Notes under the pieces: model-generated
Told to the model about the DNA's origin: nothing
What the model saw: the letters and a program-made list of their open reading frames with translations, nothing else
Database searches by the model: none
From: Candidatus Eiseniibacteriota bacterium
GTDB taxonomy: Bacteria > Eisenbacteria > RBG-16-71-46 > SZUA-252
DNA: 64,000 bases
Assembly (NCBI GenBank): GCA_003235575.1
Contig: QJVW01000094.1
Coordinates: forward strand, 7,657-71,656
Direction: 5' to 3'
Program-made: the position numbers and the translations under genes
Shown here: piece by piece, positions 19,024 to 28,166 of the stretch
Position numbering within the stretch: position 1 is the stretch's first letter
Layout: each line of letters begins with the position of its first letter

Positions 19024-20478
19024 GTGCGTCGCACGAAGATCGTCGCCACCCTGGGCCCCGCCTCGGCGGATTCCCGCGTCCTGACGCGCATGATTCGCGC
19101 CGGCCTCGACGTCGCGCGTCTCAATTTCTCCCACGGCACCGCTCGCGACCATCGAAGGGCCGTCCGGCTCCTGAACGCCGCCGCGCGCAAGGCCGGCCGC
19201 GAGGTCGGCGTCCTGCTCGACCTTCAGGGGCCGCGCATCCGCATCGGCGAGCTCGAAGGCGGCACGGTTCGGGTCTCCGCGCGCGACGAGGTGCTTCTTC
19301 GATCGTCGCGCCGCCGGGGCACCGCCACGGAAATACCGATCGACTATCCGGGGCTCCTCAAGGACATCCGCGTCGGCGATCGCGTTCTCATCGATGACGG
19401 ATTGGTGGAATTGCGCGTCCTGGGCCGCGCGCGGGGCGGGCTCCGCGCCAAGGTGGTCCGCGGCGGCGCCATCTCGGATCACAAGGGGGTCAACTTCCCG
19501 GGCGTCCGTCTCGGCGTTCCCGCGCTGACCGCGAAGGACCGGCGGGATCTGGCCCTGGGCCTCACGCTCGGGGTCGACTTCGTGGCGCTTTCCTTCGTAC
19601 GCGGCCCCGAGGACATCCTGGGCTTGCGGCGGCTCCTCCGTCGGTCGCAGCATCCGCCCCTCGTCATCGCGAAGATCGAACGGCGCGAGGCGATCGAGAA
19701 TCTCGAGTCGATCCTCGACGTCGCCGACGGCGTGATGGTGGCGCGCGGCGATCTGGGCGTCGAATTTCCGACGGAGCGCGTCCCGATCTTGCAAAAGCGA
19801 ATCATCGACCGCGCCAACCGGCACGAAGTGCTGGTCATCACGGCGACCCAGATGCTCGAATCGATGGTGCACGCCAGTCGCCCGACCCGGGCGGAGGCGA
19901 CCGACGTGGCGAACGCCATTTTCGACGGCACCGACGCCGTGATGCTGAGCGCCGAAACCGCCGTGGGACGCTTTCCGGACGCCGCGGTGGCGACGATGGC
20001 CCGCATCGCGACGGAGGCGGACGAATTCGCGGCCTCGACGCGGGTCCCGCGTCGCGCCGACGGGATCACGCTTCAATCGCCGACGCACGCCCTGGCGCAC
20101 ACCGCGTATCAAGCCGCCCGGGAGATCCGGGCGCGATCGCTCGTGATCTTCACGCACACGGGGTATGCGGCGCGGCTGGTCAGCAAGACGCGCCCGACGC
20201 AGCCGATCCTGGCGCTCTCGCCGCTCCGATCGACCCGCCGGCGACTTTCGCTCGCGTGGGGGGTTCAGGTCGTGCGGGTTCCGATGTGGCGCACCGCCGA
20301 AGGAATGGTCGAAGCGGGGCTTCGGATCCTGATCCGGGCGCGATACCTCCGCCACGGCGACTGGGTCGTGGCCATGGCCGGAACGACGACCCGCTCCGGC
20401 GGGACGAACTTGCTTCGCATTCTCCAACAGGGGCGCCCTCCGGACCGACCGCGCGGCGCGCCCCTGAAACGACCGTGA
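19024..20478 (+). CDS. pyk: Pyruvate kinase
   Basis: RRTKIVATLGPAS, RLNFSHG, DLQGP, IAKIE, MVARGDLGVE, ATQMLESM, DGTDAVMLS. Confidence 0.97.
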   Translation: MRRTKIVATLGPASADSRVLTRMIRAGLDVARLNFSHGTARDHRRAVRLLNAAARKAGREVGVLLDLQGPRIRIGELEGGTVRVSARDEVLLRSSRRRGTATEIPIDYPGLLKDIRVGDRVLIDDGLVELRVLGRARGGLRAKVVRGGAISDHKGVNFPGVRLGVPALTAKDRRDLALGLTLGVDFVALSFVRGPEDILGLRRLLRRSQHPPLVIAKIERREAIENLESILDVADGVMVARGDLGVEFPTERVPILQKRIIDRANRHEVLVITATQMLESMVHASRPTRAEATDVANAIFDGTDAVMLSAETAVGRFPDAAVATMARIATEADEFAASTRVPRRADGITLQSPTHALAHTAYQAAREIRARSLVIFTHTGYAARLVSKTRPTQPILALSPLRSTRRRLSLAWGVQVVRVPMWRTAEGMVEAGLRILIRARYLRHGDWVVAMAGTTTRSGGTNLLRILQQGRPPDRPRGAPLKRP

Positions 20479-20552
20479 CGCAACGATGCCCGACGCGCCC
20501 GTTTGGTCCGGCGCGGGCCGCACGCACTTCCCTTCACCACAAGGAGCGAATC

Positions 20553-21029
20553 ATGCGCCGAAGCGATCGAACCATCATCGTCGCCCTGACCGCCTTTTTG
20601 CTTGCCGTGCCGCTGGCCCCGAACGCCCGCGCCGACACGGCGATCGGGTTTCGTGGCGGATTGAGCATCGATCCCGACCAGGTGTTGGTCGGCCTCCATA
20701 TCCAGCCGCCGCCGGTGGGGCGCAACCTGTACGTCGTACCGAGCGGCGAGGCCGGATTCGGCGACGATGCGTTCACGCTCTCCTTCAATGGCGATCTGCA
20801 ATATCAGTTCGGCGCGGGCCAGGACGTCCGGCCCTACGCCGGCGGTGGACTGTCGCTCTACTACTACGACCGCGATGGGGGGGGAAGCGACTCGGAGTTC
20901 GGTGTCAATGCCTTGGGAGGACTTGTGTTCGCTCGCCAGAGCGGCAGGCCGATCTTCCTGGAGATGAAACTAGGGCTGACCGATAGAATGCCCGACTGGA
21001 AGTTCCTCGTGGGCCTCATGTTCCGATAG
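20553..21029 (+). CDS. Small outer-membrane beta-barrel protein
   Basis: Signal peptide, alternating beta strands, PYAGGGL, C-terminal VGLMFR; AAGGAG RBS. Confidence 0.7.
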   Translation: MRRSDRTIIVALTAFLLAVPLAPNARADTAIGFRGGLSIDPDQVLVGLHIQPPPVGRNLYVVPSGEAGFGDDAFTLSFNGDLQYQFGAGQDVRPYAGGGLSLYYYDRDGGGSDSEFGVNALGGLVFARQSGRPIFLEMKLGLTDRMPDWKFLVGLMFR

Positions 21030-21038
21030 GGAGCGGGA

Positions 21039-21068
21039 TTGACACCCGCCCTTCGACGGCGGTAAACT
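21039..21068 (+). promoter_or_regulatory. sigma70 promoter of the A-type Fe-S carrier gene
   Basis: TTGACA-N18-TAAACT. Confidence 0.7.
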
Positions 21069-21073
21069 TAAAT

Positions 21074-21180
21074 GCTGAAATGGGTGCATCTTCGGGCCCA
21101 AAAGCGCATCCAAGCGACGGGCATGAGGATTGCCTGTTTTCAGGCGCGTAGCCAGAGCGAATTCCAGCTTCGGAGGAAAT
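21074..21180 (+). ncRNA. Candidate structured cis-regulatory 5' leader (three-way junction with loop-loop complementarity)
   Basis: P1 CTGAAA/TTTCAG, P2 TGGGTGC/GCATCCA, P3 ACGGGCA/TGCCTGT; loops ATCTTC and GAGGAT are complementary; starts at the predicted TSS. No known family recognised. Confidence 0.45.
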
Positions 21181-21187
21181 CACGGAC

Positions 21188-21577
21188 ATGGTCAACCTGA
21201 GCGAAAAAGCCGCGGTCGAACTCAAATCCATCATGGATCAGAACGGCGGAACGTTCGTGGGGGTCCGTGTTTTCGTAGCCGGCGGAGGCTGTTCCGGTCT
21301 CCAGTACGGCATGCAGATCGCGGATGAGCCGCCCACCTCGGACGATCTCGTCTTCGAGCACGGGGGCGTGAAGGTCATCGTCGATTCGCAAAGCCACCAG
21401 CACCTCGAGGGCTCGTCCATCGATTTCGACGACTCCCTGCAAGGCGGCGGCTTCAAGATCAACAACCCGAACGCCGTCAGTTCGTGCGGCTGCGGCAACT
21501 CCTTCTCCGAATCCGAGGAGGGAGCGAAGGGCGGCGGCGGGTGCGGCAGCGGCGGATGCGGTTGCGGAGGCCACTAG
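21188..21577 (+). CDS. A-type iron-sulfur cluster carrier (HesB/IscA/ErpA family)
   Basis: GGGCSGLQY, GFKINNPNA, CGCGNSF, plus an extra tail GGGGCGSGGCGCGGH. Confidence 0.93.
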   Translation: MVNLSEKAAVELKSIMDQNGGTFVGVRVFVAGGGCSGLQYGMQIADEPPTSDDLVFEHGGVKVIVDSQSHQHLEGSSIDFDDSLQGGGFKINNPNAVSSCGCGNSFSESEEGAKGGGGCGSGGCGCGGH

Positions 21578-21605
21578 GCTCCGGCCCCATCGAACGGTAG
21601 ACTCG

Positions 21606-21641
21606 ACCGGCGTCCCGGAAACGGGGCGCCGGTTTTGGTTT
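21606..21641 (+). terminator. Intrinsic terminator after the A-type carrier gene
   Basis: ACCGGCGTCCCG-GAAA-CGGGGCGCCGGT followed by TTTGGTTT. Confidence 0.75.
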
Positions 21642-21664
21642 CTGGACCCGGACGGGGGAACGGC

Positions 21665-21970
21665 GTGCCCGAATTCCACAAGGTGGCGAAGACGGCGGAC
21701 GTCGTCGAGGGGAAGGGGACGATCGTCGCGGTCGACGACCTGAAGATCGCGCTCTTCCGGTGCGAGGGGACGATCTACGCGATTCGCAATCAGTGCCCCC
21801 ACATGGGCGGCGACCTCGGCGATGGAACCCTGGAGGGCGACATCGTCCGGTGTCCCTGGCACGGTTGGCCCATCAACGTGAAGACGGGGCAGCACCCGCA
21901 GGCGCCCGTCGTCGCGGTGCGCACGTACCCGGTCCGGGTGGAGGGAGACGACGTCCATGTCGCACTCTGA
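21665..21970 (+). CDS. Rieske [2Fe-2S] ferredoxin
   Basis: CPH and CPWHG motifs; GTG 21665 follows GGGGA. Confidence 0.9.
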   Translation: MPEFHKVAKTADVVEGKGTIVAVDDLKIALFRCEGTIYAIRNQCPHMGGDLGDGTLEGDIVRCPWHGWPINVKTGQHPQAPVVAVRTYPVRVEGDDVHVAL

Positions 21971-23264
21971 GGCCGCGAGCCCACTCGCCGCGGACACGGC
22001 GTTTCGCGCCGACCGCGCCCGGCGGCGCTTCGCGGCGCTGCGGCGGAGCGATGCGCCGCACTTCTTCGACAACGCCGCGGGCGCCCAGGTGCCCGACGAG
22101 GTCGTGGCCGCCATGCGCGAGCACTTGGAGCATCGAAACGTGCAACGCGGCGGCCGCTACGATCGCTCGCGCGCCGTCGATGCGATGATCCTGGCCACGC
22201 GCCGTCGCCTCGCGGCCTGCCTTGGCGCCGAGGGGCCGGAGGAGATCATCTTCGGCCTGAATGCGACGTCGCTGACGCGCATCGCCGCGGAGGCCGTCCG
22301 CTCGAAATTGCGCCCGGGGGACCGCGTCGTGGTGACGCGGCTCGATCACGAGGCGAACGTGGGTCCCTGGCTGCGGCTCGAGCGCCACGGCATCGAGCCG
22401 CGCTGGTGGAACGTCCGCGGCGACGCCGACGCGCGTCTGGATCTCGACGACCTGGAGACCATGCTGCGCGAGGGCGGCGTCCGACTCGTCGCCCTCCCCT
22501 ACGCGTCGAACATCAGCGGACGGATCGTCGACGTCGCGGCGGCCGCGACGCTCGCGCGCGCGCACGGGGCGTGGACCTACGTGGACGCCGTCCACTACGG
22601 GCCCCACGGCCCCATCGATGCGCGTGCGGTTGGCGCGGACTTCCTGGTCTTCTCCGGATACAAGATCTTCGGCCCTCACATGGGGTTCCTTTGGGGACGA
22701 CGCGAGCTGTTGGACTCGCTCGACGCCGTGCGGGAGCATTTCATCCCGGCGACCGCGCCCTATGCCTACGAGGGTGGCACGCAGAACTTCGAGGCGATCG
22801 CGGGCATGGCGGGCGCCCTTCACTACCTGGCCACGGCCGAAGCGGACGCACCGCCCCCGCCGCCGCCGGCCGAATCGTGCGACGAGGCCGGGGCGGCCGC
22901 CTTCGGCGCGGCGTTTCATCGATCCATGGCCCGCATCCGGGCCTATGAGATCGATCTCGCGGCCCGGCTCGTGCGGGCGGTGGCATCCACTCCGGGCGCC
23001 ACGATCCTCGGTGACGCCGACCCCGGGCGCGCCGACGGGCGGGTTCCCACCGTCTCCTTCACGGTTCGAGGCAGGCAGCCCGCCGCGGTCGTGGACCACC
23101 TGGCGTCGCACGGCATGCACGCCCGCGATGGCCACATGTACGCGCCGCAGCTGCTGCGCGCGGCGGGATTCGACCCCGACTCGGGCGTCGCCCGGGTGAG
23201 TCTCTGCCACTACAACACCCCCGCCGAGGTCGAGCGGCTGGGTCAGGCACTACACACGCTGTAG
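21957..23264 (+). CDS. Class V PLP enzyme, cysteine-desulfurase-like but without the catalytic Cys
   Basis: FFDNAAGAQVP, LDHEANVGPW, VDAVHY, FSGYKIFGPH; RDGHMYA in place of SufS RxGHHCA. Confidence 0.85.
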   Translation: MSHSEAASPLAADTAFRADRARRRFAALRRSDAPHFFDNAAGAQVPDEVVAAMREHLEHRNVQRGGRYDRSRAVDAMILATRRRLAACLGAEGPEEIIFGLNATSLTRIAAEAVRSKLRPGDRVVVTRLDHEANVGPWLRLERHGIEPRWWNVRGDADARLDLDDLETMLREGGVRLVALPYASNISGRIVDVAAAATLARAHGAWTYVDAVHYGPHGPIDARAVGADFLVFSGYKIFGPHMGFLWGRRELLDSLDAVREHFIPATAPYAYEGGTQNFEAIAGMAGALHYLATAEADAPPPPPPAESCDEAGAAAFGAAFHRSMARIRAYEIDLAARLVRAVASTPGATILGDADPGRADGRVPTVSFTVRGRQPAAVVDHLASHGMHARDGHMYAPQLLRAAGFDPDSGVARVSLCHYNTPAEVERLGQALHTL

Positions 23265-23271
23265 GGAGGCC

Positions 23272-25323
23272 ATGGGCGCCGGTTCGTTCCTTCAAGACCT
23301 CGTCATCACGCTGACGGCGGCGCTGCTGGTGCTGCTGCCGAGCCGGAAGCTCCGCGTTCCTTCCGCCGTCGGGTTCATGCTCACGGGCATTCTGATCGGT
23401 CCCGGCGGGTTCGGTCTCGTCGGCGACCCGCACCACGTCGAGACCCTCGCCGAAGTCGGCGTGGCCGTCCTCCTCTTCATGATCGGATTGGAGTTCTCCT
23501 TCGCGCGCCTGCGTGAGATTCGCCGCGCCTTCCTGCTGGCGGGTCCGCTCCAGGTCCTCGGCTCGATGGCCGTGACCGCCGCGCTCATCCTGGCCCTCCC
23601 GCTCGGCGCCAGCGCGGCCACCGCGCTCTTCGCGGGCATGCTGGTCGCGCTCTCCTCGACCGCGATGGTGCTACGGCTGCTGGGCGAACGGGGCGAGACG
23701 CATGCGCCCCAGGGACGCCTTCTCCTGGGAATCCTCCTCTTCCAGGACGTCGCGATCGTGCCGATGCTGATCCTGATTCCCATCCTCGCGGGACAGAGCA
23801 CGCTGGCGCTGGGTCCGGGACTCCTGATCGGCGCCGCATCGGTCATCGGTCTCTTCCTTCTCGCGCGCTACGGGATGCCGCGCCTGGTGAATGCCGTGAT
23901 CCGCAGCGGCGTACGGGAGCTCTACGTCATGATGGCGGTGGCGGTCTGCTTGGGGGCGTCGCTCTTGACCGGCGCGCTGGGACTGTCGCCGGCGCTCGGC
24001 GCCTTCGTCGGCGGCGTCCTGGTCAGCGAATCGGAGTACGCGCACCAGGTCGTTTCCGAAATCCTTCCATTCCGGGATCTCTTCAGCAGCGTCTTCTTCA
24101 TCTCGATCGGCATGCTCGTGGTCCCCACCGCGATCGTATCGATGGGAGCCTCGATCGGCGGCTGGCTCCTGGTGACCCTGGCGATCAAGGCGCTCGTGGC
24201 GGCGTCGATCGTGCGCCTCCTCGGTTTTCCGCTTCGCATCGCCGTGATCGTGGGTATCTCGTTGGCGCAGGTCGGAGAATTCTCCTTCGTCGTGGCCGGC
24301 ATCGGATTCGGCCACGGACTCATGACGCCCGACCTCTACCAGCAGTTCATCGCCGTTGCCGTCATCTCGCTCATCCTGACGCCGTTCCTGTTCCGCTGGG
24401 CGGAGTGGGCCGGGACGCGCACGGCGCAGCAGGGGCCGCTTCCCCCACCCGAGGTCGTCCTGGACGCCCACGTCTCCGGCGCCGCCGTGCCGCACGTCGT
24501 CCCGGCAGGCCCCGGCGCACCCGACGATGGGAGAAGCGAAGGGGGCGTCGATGGGCTGCGCGATCACGTCATCGTCGCCGGATACGGGGTCAACGGCCGG
24601 AACATCGCGCGCGTCCTCCAGGAGGTGGGCATCCCGTACGTCGTGCTGGAACTCGATACCGCCATCATCCGTCGCGCGCGCGCGGGGGGCGAGCGCGTCG
24701 TCTTCGGGGACGTCTCGCGGATCGAGGGCCTGCACGCCAGCGGATTGGACCACGCTTCCGTGCTCGTGCTCGCGATCTCGGATCCGTCGGCCACGCGCTT
24801 CGCGGTGCTCCAGGCGCGGCGCGACAACGCGCGGGTCTTCATCATCGCGCGGACGCGGCTGGTGGCCGAGGTGGAGGAGCTCTACCGGCTGGGCGCCGAC
24901 GAGGTGATCCCCGAGGAGTTCGAGACGTCCATCGCGGTCGTCGGCCGCGTGCTGCGTCGCTTCCACGTGCCGACGAACGTCGTCCGGATGCAGGAGCAGG
25001 CGCTCCGTCGCGAGGGATACTCGTTCCTGCGGGGCGGGGACGTGACGGGGAGCCTGATGGCCTCGGTGTCGCGGATGATCGAAGGCGCCACGACCGACAC
25101 GTACTACCTGGAGACCGGATCGCCGGCGGTGGGAAAGACGCTCGCGGAATTCGATCTACGGGAGAAGACCCGCGCCCTCGTGATCGCGGTCGTGCGACAC
25201 GGCGCGCACACGCTGGGTCCCGGCCCCGACTTCCGCCTCGAAGCCGGGGACGTGCTCGTCCTGGTGGGGGACCACCAGGCGCTGGAAGCGGCCTTCCTCG
25301 CGCTCGACGGCGGGCACGCCTAG
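23272..25323 (+). CDS. CPA2/Kef-type K+/H+ antiporter with TrkA-N and TrkA-C (RCK) domains
   Basis: LLFMIGLEFS, ALSSTA, LLFQD, LAQVGEFSFV, HVIVAGYGVNG, PEEFETS, C-terminal RCK_C. Confidence 0.92.
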   Translation: MGAGSFLQDLVITLTAALLVLLPSRKLRVPSAVGFMLTGILIGPGGFGLVGDPHHVETLAEVGVAVLLFMIGLEFSFARLREIRRAFLLAGPLQVLGSMAVTAALILALPLGASAATALFAGMLVALSSTAMVLRLLGERGETHAPQGRLLLGILLFQDVAIVPMLILIPILAGQSTLALGPGLLIGAASVIGLFLLARYGMPRLVNAVIRSGVRELYVMMAVAVCLGASLLTGALGLSPALGAFVGGVLVSESEYAHQVVSEILPFRDLFSSVFFISIGMLVVPTAIVSMGASIGGWLLVTLAIKALVAASIVRLLGFPLRIAVIVGISLAQVGEFSFVVAGIGFGHGLMTPDLYQQFIAVAVISLILTPFLFRWAEWAGTRTAQQGPLPPPEVVLDAHVSGAAVPHVVPAGPGAPDDGRSEGGVDGLRDHVIVAGYGVNGRNIARVLQEVGIPYVVLELDTAIIRRARAGGERVVFGDVSRIEGLHASGLDHASVLVLAISDPSATRFAVLQARRDNARVFIIARTRLVAEVEELYRLGADEVIPEEFETSIAVVGRVLRRFHVPTNVVRMQEQALRREGYSFLRGGDVTGSLMASVSRMIEGATTDTYYLETGSPAVGKTLAEFDLREKTRALVIAVVRHGAHTLGPGPDFRLEAGDVLVLVGDHQALEAAFLALDGGHA

Positions 25324-25328
25324 GCTCG

Positions 25329-27509
25329 CTACGCGGTGGCGGCTACCGCCGGCGGACGATCGGCGTCCGCACCGTCCGCGTCCACCGTTCGCCGCGCGTA
25401 GGTCCACGTCGCCCAGCCTACGAAGGCGATGACGGCGACGCTCTCCAGCGTGTAGCGCATATCGTAGTAATACGTCTGGAACTCGATGAACTGGGTGACC
25501 CCGGCCAGAATCAAGAGTCCGATCGGGATGCTCGCACGCTTGGGTCCGAGCAGCGCCGCCGCCGTCAGGAACGAGAAGTAGTAGCACGTCATCTCCAGGA
25601 AGACGGGGATCACTCCGAATCCGAACGCCGCCAGCACCCACCAATCCATTTCCCGCCGTGCGATCACGAAGAGCAGCGCGACGTAGCCGAGCACGAGCGC
25701 GATGAAGAGGGGCAGGGCGATCGGTCCCCGGAACGCCTGCTTGCGCGCCTCCCGAAACTTGTGAAACGGATCCTCCTGGGTCGGATCGTACGAGAACTTC
25801 TGACGCGTCTCCCAGCGAAACGCGACGATGGTGTGGAGTCCCATGTTGTTGGTCAGGGGCGTGTCCGCGTGCTTCCGCGTGTTCTTCACGAATTCCGGCC
25901 ATGCCTGAAATCCGCCCGCGACCATGCTGGAGGCGGGGATCAGGATCGCGACGGCGGCCGCCGCGCCGAGGACGATCCGCGCGCCGGTGCGATCGAGACG
26001 ACGTTCCCGGAGCAGCACCCAAATCATCCGCAAGCCGATGGCGGCGAAGAAGCCCGCCGGAAAGACGCGAAGCAGGGTCGAGACCGCGAGGCTGGCGCCG
26101 GCCCAGGCGGGCATGCCGCGTCGAAGCAGACAGATGCCGGCCATCGCGAACAGGAACCAATCCTGTCGCAGAAAGCCGCCCCCCGTCCAAAAGTAGAGCG
26201 CCGGTTCATTCGTGCCGAAGAAGAGCGCCGCCACGCAGGCGACCCGCCATCCGAACGCCCACGTGATGAGCCCGAAGGCGATCAGCAGGAGCACCGGATC
26301 GATCCACGCGAGGAAGCCGTCGATCAGACCGTTGGAGGCTGGCCCCAGATTCGACAGCAGGGTTCCCGCGACGTTCCACATCGGCGACGGGTTGTACCCG
26401 TGATCCTGGAGCGCGTGTTCCCAGGCCCCGATGTCCATGCGATCGCGGAAGTAGGCGATGTCGTGCTTGAACTCATCCCACCGCGCGGGGCTGAAGGGGC
26501 GGACGAAGCCTTTCTTCCAGTGCTCCGGGTCCTCGAGCACGTAGGCCGCGGAAACGCGCTCGTTCTCGCGGAGATTCCGAATCTTTCGGAGTTCCACCCG
26601 GCGTCGGAATCCCTGCTCGGCCTCCGCGACGTTGGCGGCTTCGTAGAGTCCGGTGTAGCCGAGTTCGGGAAAGTACTTCGCGCCGACGTAGTAGTGGAAG
26701 AACTCGTGGACGTGGACGCGCTTCGGGAAGTGGAATCCGCCCCAGTTGAAGTACCCCGTGAACCCCAGGATGCCCAGCGCCAGAAGGAGCCCGTCCCGAA
26801 GCCGCCGATGGCGGTCCGGGACGCCGCCCTGTCGCAGACGCCGCCCCCAGAGAAGGAGCGCCGCCCCCGCGAACGCGAGCATCATCTTGATCTCGTTGGA
26901 AACGCCGCGCGTGATGCGAAACGCGGAGCGAGGTTCGTCCCCGGTGGTGGAGGGCTCCGGCGCGGTGACGAGCGCGAAGACCGGCGGCCACATGGCCGGA
27001 ATGGTCTCGAAGAGCCGGATCTCGGAGACGGACGTCCCCCCCAGGCCGGTCGGCTCGCCGAATCGCACGTACCGACCGTGCGCGCCGAAGAGCGGCGTGT
27101 AGCGCGCATGCATCCCGCTCCGGCCGGCCATCGCCTCCGACTTCGGGACCTTCCAAACCTCGCGGAACGCGACGCCGTCGTCCGAAACCTGGAGCGAGTA
27201 GTCGTGGCGTCCGTCGGCCTGAACGTAGACGGCCGCGAGCGGCGTGTCGGCGCCCAGGTCGAACGTCAGCGACGCGGCCGCGGACGCGAATCCGATGCCG
27301 TACGCCGCGTCGGGCCGGCCGCCCTCGGCGACGACCTTTCCGTCCAGCACGAGGTGCGTCGGGCCCTGGACGTCGAGCGAATCGATCAGGCGCGCCCGTT
27401 CGAGGAGCGTGGGCCGGGCCGACGCCGGCGCCGACTCCTGGGCGCGGGCGGCCGTGGCCAGGAGGAGCGCGAGACCTGCGGCGAGCCAAATGCGCGTTCG
27501 AAGATTCAT
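25329..27509 (-). CDS. Polytopic membrane protein, probable GT-C (GT87-like) glycosyltransferase with an N-terminal discoidin-like periplasmic domain
   Basis: Signal peptide; LTFDLG...YSLQVSDDG...GRYVRF...VSEIRLF (F5/8-like); HEFFHYYVGAKYF, DHGYNPSP, FLRQDW, LLRVFP; about 10 TM helices. Confidence 0.65.
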   Translation of the reverse strand: MNLRTRIWLAAGLALLLATAARAQESAPASARPTLLERARLIDSLDVQGPTHLVLDGKVVAEGGRPDAAYGIGFASAAASLTFDLGADTPLAAVYVQADGRHDYSLQVSDDGVAFREVWKVPKSEAMAGRSGMHARYTPLFGAHGRYVRFGEPTGLGGTSVSEIRLFETIPAMWPPVFALVTAPEPSTTGDEPRSAFRITRGVSNEIKMMLAFAGAALLLWGRRLRQGGVPDRHRRLRDGLLLALGILGFTGYFNWGGFHFPKRVHVHEFFHYYVGAKYFPELGYTGLYEAANVAEAEQGFRRRVELRKIRNLRENERVSAAYVLEDPEHWKKGFVRPFSPARWDEFKHDIAYFRDRMDIGAWEHALQDHGYNPSPMWNVAGTLLSNLGPASNGLIDGFLAWIDPVLLLIAFGLITWAFGWRVACVAALFFGTNEPALYFWTGGGFLRQDWFLFAMAGICLLRRGMPAWAGASLAVSTLLRVFPAGFFAAIGLRMIWVLLRERRLDRTGARIVLGAAAAVAILIPASSMVAGGFQAWPEFVKNTRKHADTPLTNNMGLHTIVAFRWETRQKFSYDPTQEDPFHKFREARKQAFRGPIALPLFIALVLGYVALLFVIARREMDWWVLAAFGFGVIPVFLEMTCYYFSFLTAAALLGPKRASIPIGLLILAGVTQFIEFQTYYYDMRYTLESVAVIAFVGWATWTYARRTVDADGADADRPPAVAATA

Positions 27510-27548
27510 CCCTACCTCGTTCGCGGGCGGGCGAGCCGGCGCCGCGGG

Positions 27549-28166
27549 CTACGCCCCGGGCAAGACCCCCAGCCAGTCGCGCAGGAGAAACTGCACACGG
27601 GCGATGAGGAGCGACACGCGGGCCATCACCGTGTAGCCGAACGAGGCGCCGAAGGCGACCATCAGGAACCAGATTCCGACGCGGGCGGACGCCCCGTGGA
27701 GTCCCCGGTGCGGCGCGGAGAAGAAGAAATAGGCGAGCACGGTGAGGAACCCGATCAGGATCAACGCGGAATTGATCGCGCCCCAGCCCGGCTGCCACGG
27801 CTTCGTGGCGTCGGCCAGCTGGGCGAAAATCTGCGCCTGCATGTAGGCCGGCACGGCGATGCCGGAGTAGATCCCCACGTAGAAGGCAAGCGCCCAGCGG
27901 GACGCGCTCGACGTCTTCTCCGCGAGGCGCCCGAGCAGCATGATCCCGAGCGCGAGCGGAACGAGCGGCAGGAGATTGCCGCGCCCCAGCGGCCGAATCA
28001 TGTTCGGTACGAGAACGTTCTGGTACTGCACGGCCAAAAGGTACCCCGCGGCGGCGCCGACGAAGAGGTGCTCCGCGAAGCGATAGAACGGATTGTCGCG
28101 GTAGAGGAACGAGAAGACGCAAAGCGTCAGGAGGGCCATGATCCAGGTGTCGACGCTATGGCTCAC
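27549..28166 (-). CDS. Uncharacterised integral membrane protein (gene 4 of the DUF6754-like module)
   Basis: About 6 TM helices; FSFLYRDNPFYRFAEHLFVG, FLMVAFGASFGYTVMAR. GTG 28166 follows GGAGG and overlaps the upstream gene. Confidence 0.8.
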   Translation of the reverse strand: MSHSVDTWIMALLTLCVFSFLYRDNPFYRFAEHLFVGAAAGYLLAVQYQNVLVPNMIRPLGRGNLLPLVPLALGIMLLGRLAEKTSSASRWALAFYVGIYSGIAVPAYMQAQIFAQLADATKPWQPGWGAINSALILIGFLTVLAYFFFSAPHRGLHGASARVGIWFLMVAFGASFGYTVMARVSLLIARVQFLLRDWLGVLPGA

